Below, in pieces: positions 1 through 13,324 of a stretch of 64,000 nt of DNA. The stretch lies in assembly GCA_047967505.1 (NCBI GenBank), contig CM106538.1, one strand, 5' to 3'. The translations under genes were made by a program, and so were the position numbers. How positions within the stretch are numbered: the stretch's first letter is position 1; the number at the start of each line of letters is the position of its first letter. This stretch comes from Dipteris shenzhenensis. Taxonomy: Eukaryota. The notes under the pieces are model-generated. The model was not told where the DNA came from and did no database searches. It worked only from the letters and a program-made list of their open reading frames with translations.

Positions 1-760
1 AACTCTTTGATTACCCTATTTGCTTTGGCCTCTCCCTCTGAATCTGAGTCGGGCTCCTTTTTGTTTTTCCAATCCGCCTTTTTCTTTCGACAGTCCTTAG
101 TAAAATGTCCTGGCGTATCACAGTAGCACTTCTTGTTGTCAGAGTCGTCTTTCTTGGCTTGCCCTTTCCTTTGCCAGCGTAATCCTTCGCCAGCATCGCC
201 TTGTCGTCTTTGTCGTCGTTGTAGAGCTTCTCCCGAGCTTCCTCCTGTAGCAGTAATGGACCCAACTCCTCATACGTCAGAGGTTTGGTCCTCTATCCTG
301 CTGTCACGGTCGTAACAAAGTTCTTGAAACTCCGAGGTAGTCTCCTCAGTACCATCAAGGCCAAATGGCATGAGTTTGTCTTTTGACCAATTGTTGCCAG
401 TTGATCCCTCACCACCTTGACCTTCGTCAAGTAGCTATGTACCGTATCTCCTTCCATATCAAGGTTGTAGAGTTGATGTTGAAGAAGCAAAATCCGGGAG
501 GTGTTGCCCGTCTCGTATAGATACTTCAGAGTGACCCACGCCTCTACCGACGTCTCGGCCATCTGGATATGTGGAAGAACAGAGTCCGCCGTAGTCCCTA
601 TGATTAATGCCAGGGCATGGGCATCTCTGTCTTTCCAAGCTTCGAGCTCCTCTCTGTCTACTGTCATGAACATCTTCCCTTGCCTATCCACCATGTCCTC
701 CGGCTTCGCCTCCACTCCCGTTGTCAGCTTCCACAACTTCCGAGCCACTTAATGGCTCCG

Positions 761-1038
761 GATTTTCACCTTCCAGATCGGGTAGTTGGTCCCATCTAGT
801 TTCTCAAACTCTCCGAAGTTAGGGATAGTGAAAGAGAAAAAACTAGGGGAGGAGGAAGGGAGAGCAGGGGCTAAAGAGGCTGTAGAGGTCGACATCTCTG
901 ATTTTCACCTTCCAGATCGGGTAGTTGGTCCCGTCTAGTTTCCTAGACTCTCCAAAGTTAGGGATAGTGAATGAGAGAAAACTGGGGGAGGAAGAAGGGA
1001 GAGCAGGGACTGAAGAGGCTATAGAGGTCGACATCTCT
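761..1038. repeat. Diverged 139-bp tandem duplication in Copia gag
   Basis: GATTTTCACCTTCCAGATCGGGTAG...GACATCTCT occurs at 761-899 and again at 900-1038. Confidence 0.9.
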
Positions 1039-1259
1039 GCTGTTATATCACATAGCAAAGTCAACCAAATTCAATTTTTAGTGGACCAGAACTCTGAATG
1101 CACGTGACTGAACCCGAGTCACCCTCGTTCTCGCAAGGGTACAATTCTCCAGTCGTGGAAGTCGATTCCCAAGAGCGTCTGAGTCAGGATCGTCCTTCAG
1201 CAAGGTCCCTGCCTTCAGGCTCCCACACCTGTGAGCCTCCTACTCGGGCTCTGATGCCA

Positions 1260-2267
1260 TGTTAGAAATGACCCAACAGAGGGTACGCACAGCGGAAGAA
1301 TGATAGTAATGCCCAGGAGCTCACACAGTGTGATGTGGGGGGTGGAATCACAAACTTCTTAACTTATGTGCATAGATGTGCAAGCCAGTAAATAGACAAT
1401 GCTCAGAGACAAATATAGAAGCAACACTTTATATTTCCGTCCGTCTAGAAACTAGGACAGGATACAATAATAAAAGGTCCTTCTACTACAAGCCTGGCAC
1501 TTCTAGATCTCTGAGCCCGCATGCTCCACCTCGAGCATATGTAGACTCTCTGTCTAGATCCCTTCCACCTTGCTGTCCAGAAGCCAGCCTAGGTGGGCAG
1601 CACCTTGAGCTCAGTCTGCAGCTCTATGCCAATCCTCCTCCTCCTGTGTGTAGGTCCAAGGGTGGGCCTGTGGCTGCTGCTGTCTGCTCCCCAACTGCTG
1701 CTGCAAGTGATGCTGAATGAGGGCTGGAGGCCCTCCTTTTATAGGGCACAAGGCCTGCCCCAAAAACCGACCAGCAGCCTGAATCTGGCCGACCCAATCA
1801 GGCCGACCAGGCTTCTATAAAACCGCCCTAAAAGGGCTCACTTAACCAGGGCCCCTGGCCCACAAAACTAGGGCTTTGGCCCTCACTTCAAGGGCTGATG
1901 CCCTCTTATATATGCAGGATCCAGCCCCCTTTTGCCCTGCCATTTCTAGGCATGGTATGCTGGCTGGAACCAGCCCCCTACACCTAATCGACCAACCTGC
2001 TGGTAACCCCTGCCATGTTGCGCTTCTGCCAGCCCCTTCTTCAGCGCCGTACAGCTCTGTCCATCCTGCTGAGTCATCATGCCTTTCATGGGGATCTGTT
2101 GCAGGCCGTACGCCTGCCATGAAGCTTTGTCTTGCCAGGCCAGATCCAGGGCTACATGCCCCTGCCATCTTTCTTGCACAAGGTCTTCTTTGTGCTGCCC
2201 ATGTAGCAGCCTAACCCATGCTCTCCTCATTTGGGGGCTCACAGATGGGGAGGTGACCATTCCAACA
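1260..2267 (-). repeat. 5' LTR (~1.0 kb) of the minus-strand Copia; same family as the LTR at 57718-59045
   Basis: Minus strand starts TGTTGGAATGGTCACCTCCCCATCTGTGAGCCCCCAAATGAGG and ends ATTTCTAACA. Near-identical termini occur at 57718 and 59045. Confidence 0.8.
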
Positions 2268-4464
2268 GTCTCACACACATTGAGGATTGCCATTGAATAG
2301 ATGTGGGTCTTGTCCCAGTACTCGAGGATTGAGACAGGGAGAGCTACAGGCACACCAAGCAAGCAACGGATTTGTAGGCTATGAATGCTAGAGGCGGCGG
2401 ATACAGAGGAGCACTTCTTATTTCTTATGTTCCTGTCCAGCCTACTCTGAGATCCGGGGGCGATACCACAGCCTCCGAGGATATTAATATATCTTTCTTT
2501 TTTTATTTTCTCTATCTTCCTCTACCCCAAGACCTTATAGGAGCAGCTTATATAGTCAGAGGAGCAGTATGCCAGCAGAGGCTGTTGGCAGTGTATCTTG
2601 ACAGTTCAAAGGAGCCTGTAGGAGGGGTCAGCATGTCCTGGTTGGCCAGATCCAGTCTGATCAGATCGTACTGCTGGTCGGCTTCTTCCATGAGGGTGGA
2701 GACATCAGCCCTCACCTACTCGTCTTAGGCATTCCAGTTTACAGCACTTCAGGCCTCTCCACTCAGCCAGTGAAGCTTAGAGCAAGCATGTAGTAAAGGA
2801 AGAAGACCAGGAGTAATAGTTACCCATTTGAGGTACATTTCAATTGGCAAGTTTTTTTTCTGAAATTTAAAGACAATTACTCCTGGGATGAAGGAAATTC
2901 AACTCAATAAGATTTGCATTGTGCACAGGATAGATTATTTGAGATGGGGTTTTGACTATCATCCTACATAAATTTTGCTACTCATTTTCACCCTTTGGCA
3001 TTCTAGTCGGTCTCCTCAACCTTCTTGGCAAAGAGTTGCTTATCATCTTATTCCAAGGTCGGACTGTTAGGAAAGACTGTCCTCTTTAATAACTACATGC
3101 ACCACATTTCAGGTTGCGAGGTGATCGCCCTGGAGTAGAAAGCACATTCAAATGGGAGGATGTATAGTCGACATTCAAAGTTCAGTTTCAAGGGAGCTTG
3201 GGACAGCAATAACAGTTGAAGGAGCAAGAGAGCATGTAGAAGGGGTGAGAGAGTAAGCAAATCACAATTTGAGCTAGGTGGAACTGAACCTAGATGGTGG
3301 CTGCCAGTTGTTTAGCTGGAAATCTCAGAACAAAAACATCTCATTTAGACGTATTTAGAGTTAAAGTCAGGATGAGAAAGATATTTCAAAAGTTGGACAT
3401 TTACTAAAAAAGACTCGGAACAGCAACTAGATGACCTGAGATTCTTGTGAAGAGTTGAAAATGAGTAGCAAAATTAATGTAGGATGATAGTGGATTTGAG
3501 CTGATTGGATTAGAGTAGACATTGAAGTTCATGTTCAAATTCAATGGAGCTTGACACAGCAAGGATAGCTTGAAGGAGCAAGAGAGCTTGCAGAAACGGT
3601 GAGAAATCAAGCGAGAGAGCTCTAGGAGCAAATCACAATTGTAGCTATGTGGAATTGAGCCTAGGAGATGATTGCAAGGACATGCTCTTACCAAGAAGAG
3701 GATTATCATTGTGAACTAGGGTTTTGGCAGCTTTAAAAGACTTTTTATGTACATAATGTTAAGTGGGACTTCATCAATTGCACTTTACTAAAACATAGGG
3801 TTATTTAGGTCTTTTAGTTGATGATTGGTTTCAATTATCTAACTTATCAGGATCAGATGCTGTTTTGACCAGTGCATACATTTAGACAAATTCAATGACT
3901 TGACACGATGACTTCTAATGATTTGGTCTTGTAAAGGCCTTCCTAATGTGCGTGTTCAATATGCCATCTTATCAAATCTGAACAGGCTGCTGCCTACTAA
4001 ATGCTTTGTGCTGAACTCAGTGCAAAGGTTCCATAATTCATATAGGGTCGGAGGTTCCTGCAGCTGTGCTTGTCCAGCAGCAAAGAGTCCTAAACCATAT
4101 CATTGGCATGAGTAGTAGTAAGATTGAGTAGACACATGAAGGCTTTCAATTTGTTGGTGTGAAGGTCAAATGGTATGAAGGAAGGAGCAACCTTCACTAG
4201 GAATGTGCTGCTTAGCCCTTTTCTTGCTCATCCTTGAAAGCTTCTTAACTCTACCAACCGAATATTCATCAAGTGCCATTACAGCATGGTCACCTTTTAA
4301 GATGTTTGGAAGCTGCTATGATCCTAGCTTGATGCATCATGCACTCCACATCATAGTTGAAATTCACATGATTATTTTGATAAGCTCTGATTACAAAGAA
4401 ATTCTGGATGTAAGATAATTGTACGGAATCACTACCTTATGTTCCTTCTTACTGTTCATGAACT

Positions 4465-4466
<2 letters not shown>

Positions 4467-4526
<60 letters not shown>
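4467..4526. repeat. (GT)n(GA)n compound microsatellite
   Basis: Read directly from the sequence. Confidence 0.95.
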
Positions 4527-4529
<3 letters not shown>

Positions 4530-4597
4530 CCTTATTACCCTTATTACAAAATACTATTGTTCTCTAACTGTTACTGTACCTTTGTCTCCTTCTGCAG

Positions 4598-4680
4598 CTC
4601 GAGTGCCACCTGTTCAAAGGAAACCACTAAAGCATAGGGACTATGAAGTCGACCTTACATCCCGATTGGGTAAAACACAG
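4598..4680 (+). CDS. ZMAT2: Host gene exon: ZMAT2/Snu23 (zinc finger matrin-type 2), internal exon A
   Basis: Flanked by TGCAG| and |GTTGGG. Encodes RVPPVQRKPLKHRDYEVDLTSRLGKTQ, matching the plant ZMAT2 motif PPVQR.PLKHRDY.VDL.SRLGKTQ. Confidence 0.92.
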
Positions 4681-6999
4681 GTTGGGTTTGACTGCTCATG
4701 AAATTCTTGCTAAAACCTGGAGGATTAAGATGACAACTTTGTGCTACAGTCTCACTAGTATAGCGTCTTTCTTTACCTTCTTGTTTACAATATAGAGGCT
4801 TGCTTCCTACAGTCAAGCCCCTGTAGTCGAAATGTTTCCAGAGATTACTAAGGACAAGTTTGGTGCCCTCTTACCGCTGCAAACTCTTCTGCCATGTGTC
4901 CTATGTGGGGGGCTTCAGTGGCTCAGGGGAGGCTGCTGATGGATGACTTTACAATGTCCCAAGGGGGGATTATATAGGGGAAGATGGGAACCCCTTTCCT
5001 CTGCTGGCTGACCATCGTTGGGGTCCTTTCATATTCTGGCCAACCTGCAAATGATCTTGGCCAAGAGCTGAAACTCAGACCAAACTCTCACTAGTTATGC
5101 CAGTACTAAGTACTGGGTGTGGAAGCGTGAATTCTAACTTAGAAGAGAGAAATAGAGAAAGAAAGTCCATGAAAAGTCTTTCAAAGATCGAAGAGTCTAT
5201 GATACTGAAAGAACTTGATACAATGAGCTGAAAAGTTGGAGCCTCTAAGCGGGCATCAACACGCATGATGAATACAAAATAGCCATAATCACAAAGCTAC
5301 CAATATACAAAGAGAAATGTTTGAGCTCATGGAGAAAATGGGAGCTGGCAGCACTGTAATGATCATCTAGAAGCTGGCAGGGAGGTGAAGTCTAAGAGGG
5401 GGTCGACGATGGATGCTTTACGAGCAAAAACCTATGAGCGTGTTTTTCAAGAGATTTAAAAAATTGTATTTCTTTAGGAAACATGGTTTTTACACTTTTA
5501 TTTTCACTAGAACTAGATCCCTTTATCATAAAAATATATAGACTAGTCACTCATTCATTTTTACACAACATAAATTTTCTTATTTATAGACATATCTTTG
5601 TACCCTTGTTATTACCTTAAAAATATATAGACTAGTGGCATAAGATATTATGGCCATGCATAAGACATATCACGTGGTCATGACAAGAGAAATCACTAAT
5701 CTGTGATTAGTAGACATTAAAACATTATTATATATTATACGCCAATGGTGTAACATGTATTTGTATTCATGATGGACACGGACCGATTTGTTATGGCAGT
5801 GGATCATCTTAGTAGATAGGACTAGTCGAGCTGGAGCCATTGCTTTAGACGGCATCGAATTTGGACATGTGACACTTATTCTATTAATAAAAATGTGCAC
5901 ACACGTGTCTAGGTCCTAGGGGCAATAAGAAGGGAAGGGTACATTGAATGGTAGATGCATGGGTCATAGGCTAAGGGTAGGTGTAAATGGGAAGATGGAA
6001 CTTGAGTGATCTCAAGGGACATTAATGAAAGGGTACCACCTTTTCATTGTGAATCTCACGTAGCATTCTTCATTCACCTTGCATTCATCTGCCATCTCTC
6101 TCCCACCTTGCATGTAGGTTGAAAAGAGAAACAAGTACTCTCATGAGGGCGCCCTTCCCCATTCGAGGGCCAATTGGCATTCAAATTCTGCATGCATTGC
6201 ACACATTTGCATTCTTGAGAAGGCTGGTTCTTCACAGCTATTATCTTCATTGTGTATATCACCAATGCGCTATCAAATACAACTAAATGCTTCCCTCAAT
6301 GCAGGGGCCTGAATACAACATTTGGTTTTCGGATTTAACTAAAGAGGCTAGGGTTCTGCAACAACCTTTGATAGACTTGCATCCAATTTGTACACAGACC
6401 AAGGGATGGGCTGATAGTTTGCAAATCACTGCTCACATTCTTGCTGAGTTGAGGACCAAACATGGTGGACCGAACAACTGACACGTGATTGAAGGTCTTA
6501 GCAATTGATGATTTCGCAAGGAAATATAAAACTACTAGCAAGCCTGATAAGAGAACTTTTAACAATGAATGGTTTGCTATAAAATGGATTTGTGAACATT
6601 GAAGTACATTTTTCTAATGAAACATGGGTCGAGATTTATTCAAGTAAGCATCGTCACTCTAAATATAGTTTTTTAGCACATTAGAAGGATGATCAATAAG
6701 ATTGGTCGATAAATGCTGACCTACCACCTCATCCCACCTTTGCCTAATTTGGTGTCCACCAATTCTATAAGACAAAGGCTGATGTTGGGTCATTAATAGA
6801 TTGGCTATTAGCTTCTTGTGTGTAAGCTCGGGCACCTTCTCAAGCACTCGTGACATTCTGTAGAGAAGGGGGAAGGGGCAGATTTGGAGATGGGGAGAGA
6901 ATAGTAGAAGAAAGGGAGGAGAAGAGGGGAGAAGGGGAAAGAGAGAGGAAGAGAGAGAAGGATGAGGGGATAGAGAGATAGAGAGAGGGAGGACAGAGA

Positions 7000-9900
7000 G
7001 AGAAAGAAAGAAGAAAGAAAGAAAGTTTATTAAAGTCTTCGGGAGACCGTGAAGGTCTATGAGACTAAAGATAACTGATACAATGAGCATAACGGTGGCG
7101 GTCTCAAAACGGGCCAGCCAACCGTTTCTACAAAAAAGAGGTTATGAAGGACGGTGTGTCTAGTCGTGATACAAAAAATATGTGTCAACCTCCAGATGAT
7201 ACAAAAAAGAAGGGGGGGGCACCAAAAATGGGGCAGAGGGGGGAGATACAATATATATGTGCAGGTGGTGATCGTCAGAGACCAATCATAGAGGGGTCGT
7301 CAAATGGGAGGCCGGAAAAAACCCTGCGATAGATGATTGGCCTCTGACGTCACGCGGCCTAGTCGAGCTCGGTCGTCGGGGGCGGCGGGTGGCCCTGTGG
7401 ATGAGGGCAACGGTAACCCCGGTGGGGTGGGCAGAGAGCAGAGACGAGATGTCATGGACCCGGATGTGTGAGTCTGTCCGCTGGCGTAGCTGTCGTGGCT
7501 CTGGCTCTCGCTCACGTCCGCGTCGTCAGCTAGACTGAGGAGAGGTATCCTGTGACTGGAAGAAATCAGTGATGGGCCGTTGGGTGTCCTCACGTTGTGT
7601 GTGCTGCGCGTGTCGCCGTGCTCGGAGAGAGGTATCTCGATGGCGAGTCATCTCATGTAAGAAAGCGGCTAGGCATCGCTGATCCGGGAACTGCAGCATG
7701 TGTGGGAGGGGGCCGAATCCGTTGCGGAAGAGGCAGTGGTACCGGCCTCGGATGGCATAATAGATAGGACATCTGAAAGCAAAGTGCTCCTCTGACTCGA
7801 TCTCCTGCAAGTCGCAAAGTGGGCAAAGGCGGCCCTATCGTGGGATACCCTCTGCGCGTCCGCTCTCGATCCATAATCGGTGTGACGAAACCCTAAACTG
7901 ACCGAGGGAGATCCGGAGCGCATGTGGTAGATGAAGCTGTGTGTAACCCGGAGGTGTGATGAAGCCCTCCTGTGAGATCTGGAGGCAGTGTCGGTGGTAG
8001 AAGTCGAGCTTCACAGGAAGCTCGGAGTGAAGAAACCATGTCCGCCAGGTGTGGAGCTGGAGCAGATCCGCTCGAATGAGCCGGTTGACCTCCTGGTCAG
8101 TGGGGGAGAGGGGAGATGGTGGAGCGTCGAGGCTGTACTGAAAAGGAGATTCAAACATAGCGCCTACAGATACTGATGTTTGCTCGGGTGATCCGCAGCA
8201 AACCATCGGTACCACACCAGATCATTCTAGCAGAGTTCGGCGCCTCACCCCTACAGCTTGATGCGGCTTTCCAGGCTATTACTTATCTCCACAGAGTCAG
8301 GGATTTCAGCTCCTCCGCGGACGGTCGCCTCCGCCTACCGTACATACCTGCTGGGTGGACCAAAGAATAAAAAAGGAGAGACTTGGTCCGTGGGTCCTGG
8401 AAGTGGGAGTGGTAGCACTGTCGCTCCAGCCTGGCAAGAGCGGCGTAGCCCCGGCTGATCCTAGCCTGCATGGCCGGGCGCATCGTGAAGATCGGGCCTG
8501 AGAAGACAACGCCCAAGTATGTGTAAGAGTCAACTATCTCAACAGGGTCGCCGGCGAAGAGGAACTGCTCTCGGTGCATAGCGGGTCTGAAAGTGTTAAA
8601 GATCATCACCTTGGTTTTCCCAAGGTTGACCTTCAAGTCATGTGTATCACAGAAGACCTGAAGTCCATCCAGGTGTCGCTGAAGACCAGTAGCAGAAGAG
8701 GATAGTAGTACTACATCGTCTGCGTATAGGAGAATTTGGATGACAGCCTCCGCAAGAGAGCAGCCTGCACCTTCGAGTGTCCTGATGGTGGTCTCGAGCT
8801 CGTCGATGTAGAGGCCAAATAGAGTCGGTGACAAGGGACATCCTTGTTTGACTCCGATAGTGCTCGTGATCTCTGGGGTCCAGCTGGTGCCAATCCTGAC
8901 CTGGCCCGTCACCTGCTCATAGAGAGCTACTATTGCCCAGATAACCTCCGAGTCGTAGTCTAACTCCTGCAGGCGTCTGACGAGTCGGGCGCGGGGAACG
9001 GTGTCGAATGCCTTGCGGAAATCCACAAAGCAACAATATACTCTCTGTCTCCTGTGTCTGGCCTCCTCAGTGATCCCTCTAAGTGTAAAAATGTGATCGT
9101 AAGTCGAGTGATCCGCCCTGAAGCCGGCCTATCCGGATGCCCTGAGCCCCTGTACCTCTGCGCGAGCACTGACCTCGCCATCTAACACTGATGCATAGAT
9201 CTTGGACATAACATGTCCAATCATGATGGTCCTGTAATTCCCTGGATCCATGGGATCTCCTGCTTTGTGGATGGGTGTGATAGTGTTCAGGGTCCAGGCT
9301 CTGGGGAACCCGTGGCAGACAGCTTCATTGAACAGTGTTGCCAGGATGGGGGCTAGAGTTTTGATGCCATAGGCAACAAACTCTGTGCATAGGCCCTCAT
9401 GATCCTTAGCTCGGCTGTTGTGAAGCTTAAGCGCTGCGTGGGTGACTCCCTGGGTTGTGAAGAGGGTTCAAGAGGTGGGGCGGGGGGTGGTTGAGAGGTC
9501 GGGAGGAGGCTGATCAGGGATATCATAGAGTGTACGTGCGTAGGAGTGCCAGAGGGAAGTGTCTGTGAGGGGGGAGGGGGATCGGCGTTCTAGGAATTTC
9601 CTCCAGAAATCCTTGGAGTTGCTACTAAACACAATGTTTAGTAGTGTATCCTCATTCTGGCGCAGGAAGGCTAGCTTCTTGCGACGGACTAGTCGACGAT
9701 AATCCCTGATGAGATGTGGGTTGGCCCTAGCGTTTCGCTGGGTCGTGAGTCGGAGTGTGCGGCGTAATGCTTTACACTCGTCATCACACCAGCTATTGCA
9801 AGGGGTGGAGCCAGCGGGTCGAGGGCGGGTGGACCGAGTAGTGGAAGGAAAAATATGGCGGGCTGCATTGTGAAGGGAGTGGGTGATAAGGGTGGCTCGG

Positions 9901-10460
9901 TGATCTAGAGAGGGTATGGTGTCTATGTGTCTGAGGAGGGAGGCTAGGTGGGCTGAGTAATCAGGTGAGAGGTTATGATCAAAGTGTATATCATGATATG
10001 TAGTGTAGTGCGGGGTGTGGCTGGGGGGGCTCGGGGCGCAAGGATATGAAAGAACAGGTAAGTGTGGTCGGCTCCTGGGGGTAATGGTGCAGTGCGGAAG
10101 TCAGTGATCTGTGGGGCTAAAGCAGGAGATCCCAGAATGTAGTCGACGGCACTGGCTCCTCCGCCATGTGGGAAACATGTGAAACCAGAGGAGGCAGGCC
10201 ACCGGTCTAGTCCATTGTAGATGACCAAATCATGTATACGTCCAAGGTCCAAAAGAGCCTGCCCATACGCAGTAACGGGAGCGCGACTGTTTGTCGAGGA
10301 GCGGGGGAAGCCCGAGTCCTCTGTGTCCATCTCAGGTAATAGGACCGGATCTGAGTGGAAGTCCAGGAGTGATGTCTGATGTGCACCTGTCCTTGCGTTG
10401 AAATCCCCAACTAGGAGGACCTCTCTGCGTCTGAGAGTGAGCATAGGCAGTAGGTAGCAG
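7000..10460 (-). mobile_element. RTE-X-like LINE copy 1, 5'-truncated and decayed (APE + RT + C-terminal Cys/His finger, (CTTT)n tail)
   Basis: APE: LLVGDFNARTG, SAVDYIL, GADH. RT: DFRKAFDTV, GVKQGCPLSPTLFGLYID, LLYADDVVL, VNLGKTKVM. C-terminus: ESEEHFAFRCPIYYAIR. Boundaries are approximate. Confidence 0.85.
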
Positions 10461-10735
10461 GAAGGAGGAGGGAGAGTAGATAGGATTAGATGTCACATCA
10501 AAAAGTACCACACAAATCATTAGGGGATGACTTATATAGACCCCCCTTCTTTCTCCTATCTTACCACCAATTTCCCTTCTTTTTCCGACCTATTTCCGAG
10601 CTATTTCCCACCTTCATTACAGCCATCCCTCCCCAAGGAATTTTGCTCTTAAAATTTTATATGTGGGCTGTTAAATAGGTGCAGCAAACAGCAAATAATA
10701 ATCAGCACGGTAGGAGATAGGGGTTGTCCTAGACA

Positions 10736-13324
10736 ATGCTCTCTGGTTGCCATGAGTTCTCATCCTGAGGAAGTCCCCGCCACTTGATAAGATACTCGGT
10801 GTAGACTTTGTTTCGGAGTATGTGAGCCCTGAAACCCATGATGCGCTGCAGAACATAGAGTATGTGGCCCTCTTCATCTGTAGGTGGTAGCTCAGGAAGG
10901 ACTTGGACATGCTGTCCGACATGTGGCTTCAGCAAAGACACATGGAAAACATTATGAATCTTGGAGGTCCTGGGTAGCTCCAACTCATATGCCACCTCAC
11001 CAACTTTGCGGATGATTTTGTAGGGACCGTAATACCTATGAGCAAGCTTCGTGTTGGTGTTACCTTTCAGCAAGGCATAACGGTTCTTATGGAGGTGTAA
11101 GTGCACATAATCCCCTTCTTCAAAAGACAGATACCTCCTGTGTTCATCCGCATACTTCTTCTGCTTGGCTTGGGCATCTTGCATATTCGTTTTAGCCAAT
11201 TGCAGAAGGGCATCCATACTCTCCAAGTCATTTCTTGCTTGCTGATTTTTCACAGCCATGTCTACAACTAAAGATGGCATACCCACTGTGCATCCATACA
11301 TAGCCTCGAACGGGCTCATACCAATAGAGATGTGCTTGGTACTGTTGTAACAAAATTCAGCAAGTGCCAACCACTTATCCCAAGACTTCTGTGTGTCATG
11401 ACAAAAATGCCTCAAATACTCCTCTAGCCATTTAAATGTTGACCCTTTCCGACTGTCCATCCATCTTAGGGTGGTAAGCAGTGCTAGGTGTAAGAGAAGT
11501 GCCCACTGCTGTAAATAACTTCTGCCAAAAGTGACCCATAAATTTTGCATCTCTGTCGCTGACAATCTCCCAAGAGAAGCCATGATGCTTAAAAACATGC
11601 TCGATGAACTGCCAAGCAACCTGTGATGCTGGATAACGGGTCTTAGTGGGTATGAAATGGGCCTGCTTTGTCATTCTGTCAACCACCACAAAAATGCTAT
11701 CCCATCCCCACTCTGTGGAAGGCAACCCTGTGATGAAATCCATAGCAATGTGAGTCCATTTGCCTTCTGGAATAGGTAATGGCTGCAAGAGACCCGCTGG
11801 TAACCGGCTGTCCACTTTATTCTGCTGGCAAGGCAAACACTCAGTGACAAATTTAACGACATCCCGCCACAAGCCATCCCAGATAAAGCTCTGTTTGACC
11901 TTTTCATATGTCGTAGTAATGCCCGCATGTCCTGCCATAGGAGATGAGTGCATTTCCTGTAAGACCAGCAGTTGATACTTTGAATCTAGCACCAAATAAA
12001 TTCTGTCCTTGCACCACAACAGCCCATTATGCAGTTTAAATTCAGCATGCCCCTGGCTCGATGGCCTCTGTAACTCCACAAATATGGAAGCTGCCTTAGA
12101 ATCCTGCATGTATTCTTCCTGAATACCATGAAACCACTCTTGATAGATGGTAGAAATGGCAGACAAACTGCAAGCCCACATACGGGATAAGGCATTTGCA
12201 ACCACATTTTCTTTTCCTTTCCTGTACTCAATGTCAAAATCATAAGAGTGAACCTTATCCAGCCACCTCTTCTGCTCTATTGACAAGTTGGGCTGTGTAA
12301 GGAAATACGTGAGTGTCCTATGATCTGTCTTAACCTTGATTTTGCTACCGTACAGGTAGTGGTGCCATTTTTCGAAAGCATGGAGGATAGCCAACATTTG
12401 CTTGCCTTAGCACAGCCCCTAATCTTTTGCCACTGGCATCTACCTCCATAATGAAAACACGTGAAAAATCAGGGCATACCAACACATGAGCATGAGTGAG
12501 GGCAAATTTCAGGTCTTCAAAGCTGCACTGTGCATCTGTAGACCACATAAAAGCATCATTCTTCAAAAGGTCTGTTAGAGGGGCTGCTCTCTTGCCAAAC
12601 TTGCGAATAAAGCGTCTGTAGAAGGAAGCAAGATGTAGAAATCCCCTCAACTGAGTAGGGTTGCGTGGTTGCGGCCAATCCTCAATACATTTTACCTTTG
12701 CAAGATCCACTCGAATGCCATCCTTGCTAACAATGTGACCAAGATACTCAACCTCTTGTGCCATAAAAGTGCATTTGCTGGCTTTAGCATAAAGCTGATG
12801 CAACCTCAAAATTTCCAGCACTTCTTGACATGTATGATGTGCTCCTACTTATCCTTGCTGTAAATGAGGATGTCATAAAAAATTTCCAGCACATATTTGA
12901 AAAGGAGAGGCTGCAAAATCTTGTTCATGAGTGCCTGGAAGGTAGCTGGTGCATTGGTCAATTCAAAAGGCATCACCTTGAACTCATACAGTCCCCTCTC
13001 CGTGCGAAAGGCTATCTTGTGCTCATCCCCAACTTTCATTCTAATCTGATGATAGCCGGACCTCAAATCAATCTTAGTGAAAAACTGATCACCCTTGAGT
13101 TCATCCAACAGGTCATCTATCCTGGGGATTGGAAACCTGTTCTTGATGGTGACCTTATTCAAGTCTCTATAGTCAATGCACATATGGTAAGAACTGTCCT
13201 TCTTCACCAGGAGCACAGGGGATGCAAAAGGAGAAGTGCTATGAGTGATGAAACTTTTCTGAAGTAAGTCCCTCACTTGAGTTGCCACTTCCTCCCGTTC
13301 TACCTTAGAGAGTCGGTATGGGGC
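10736..13324 (-). mobile_element. Ty3/Gypsy chromovirus pol remnant (RT-RH-INT-chromodomain), frameshifted
   Basis: [71 protein letters not shown] motif RYYGPYKI. Chromodomain EYLIKWRGLP...SW. Confidence 0.92.

Larger units (their letters stand above)
1..2267 (-). mobile_element. Ty1/Copia LTR retrotransposon, 5' part (5' LTR, PBS, decayed gag); continues off the left edge of the window
   Basis: LTR 1260-2267 has TG...CA ends. The minus-strand PBS TGGCATCAGAGC (1248-1259) abuts it. Gag-like ORFs at 843-1064, 293-748 and 11-265 (KLDGTNYPIWKVKI; RDAHALALII; LLLQEEARE) are broken by stops. Confidence 0.85.

Noticed and set aside
10491-10735. Possible LTR (TGTC...GACA) next to the Gypsy chromodomain
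   Set aside because: There is no matching TSD, PPT or second copy in the window.
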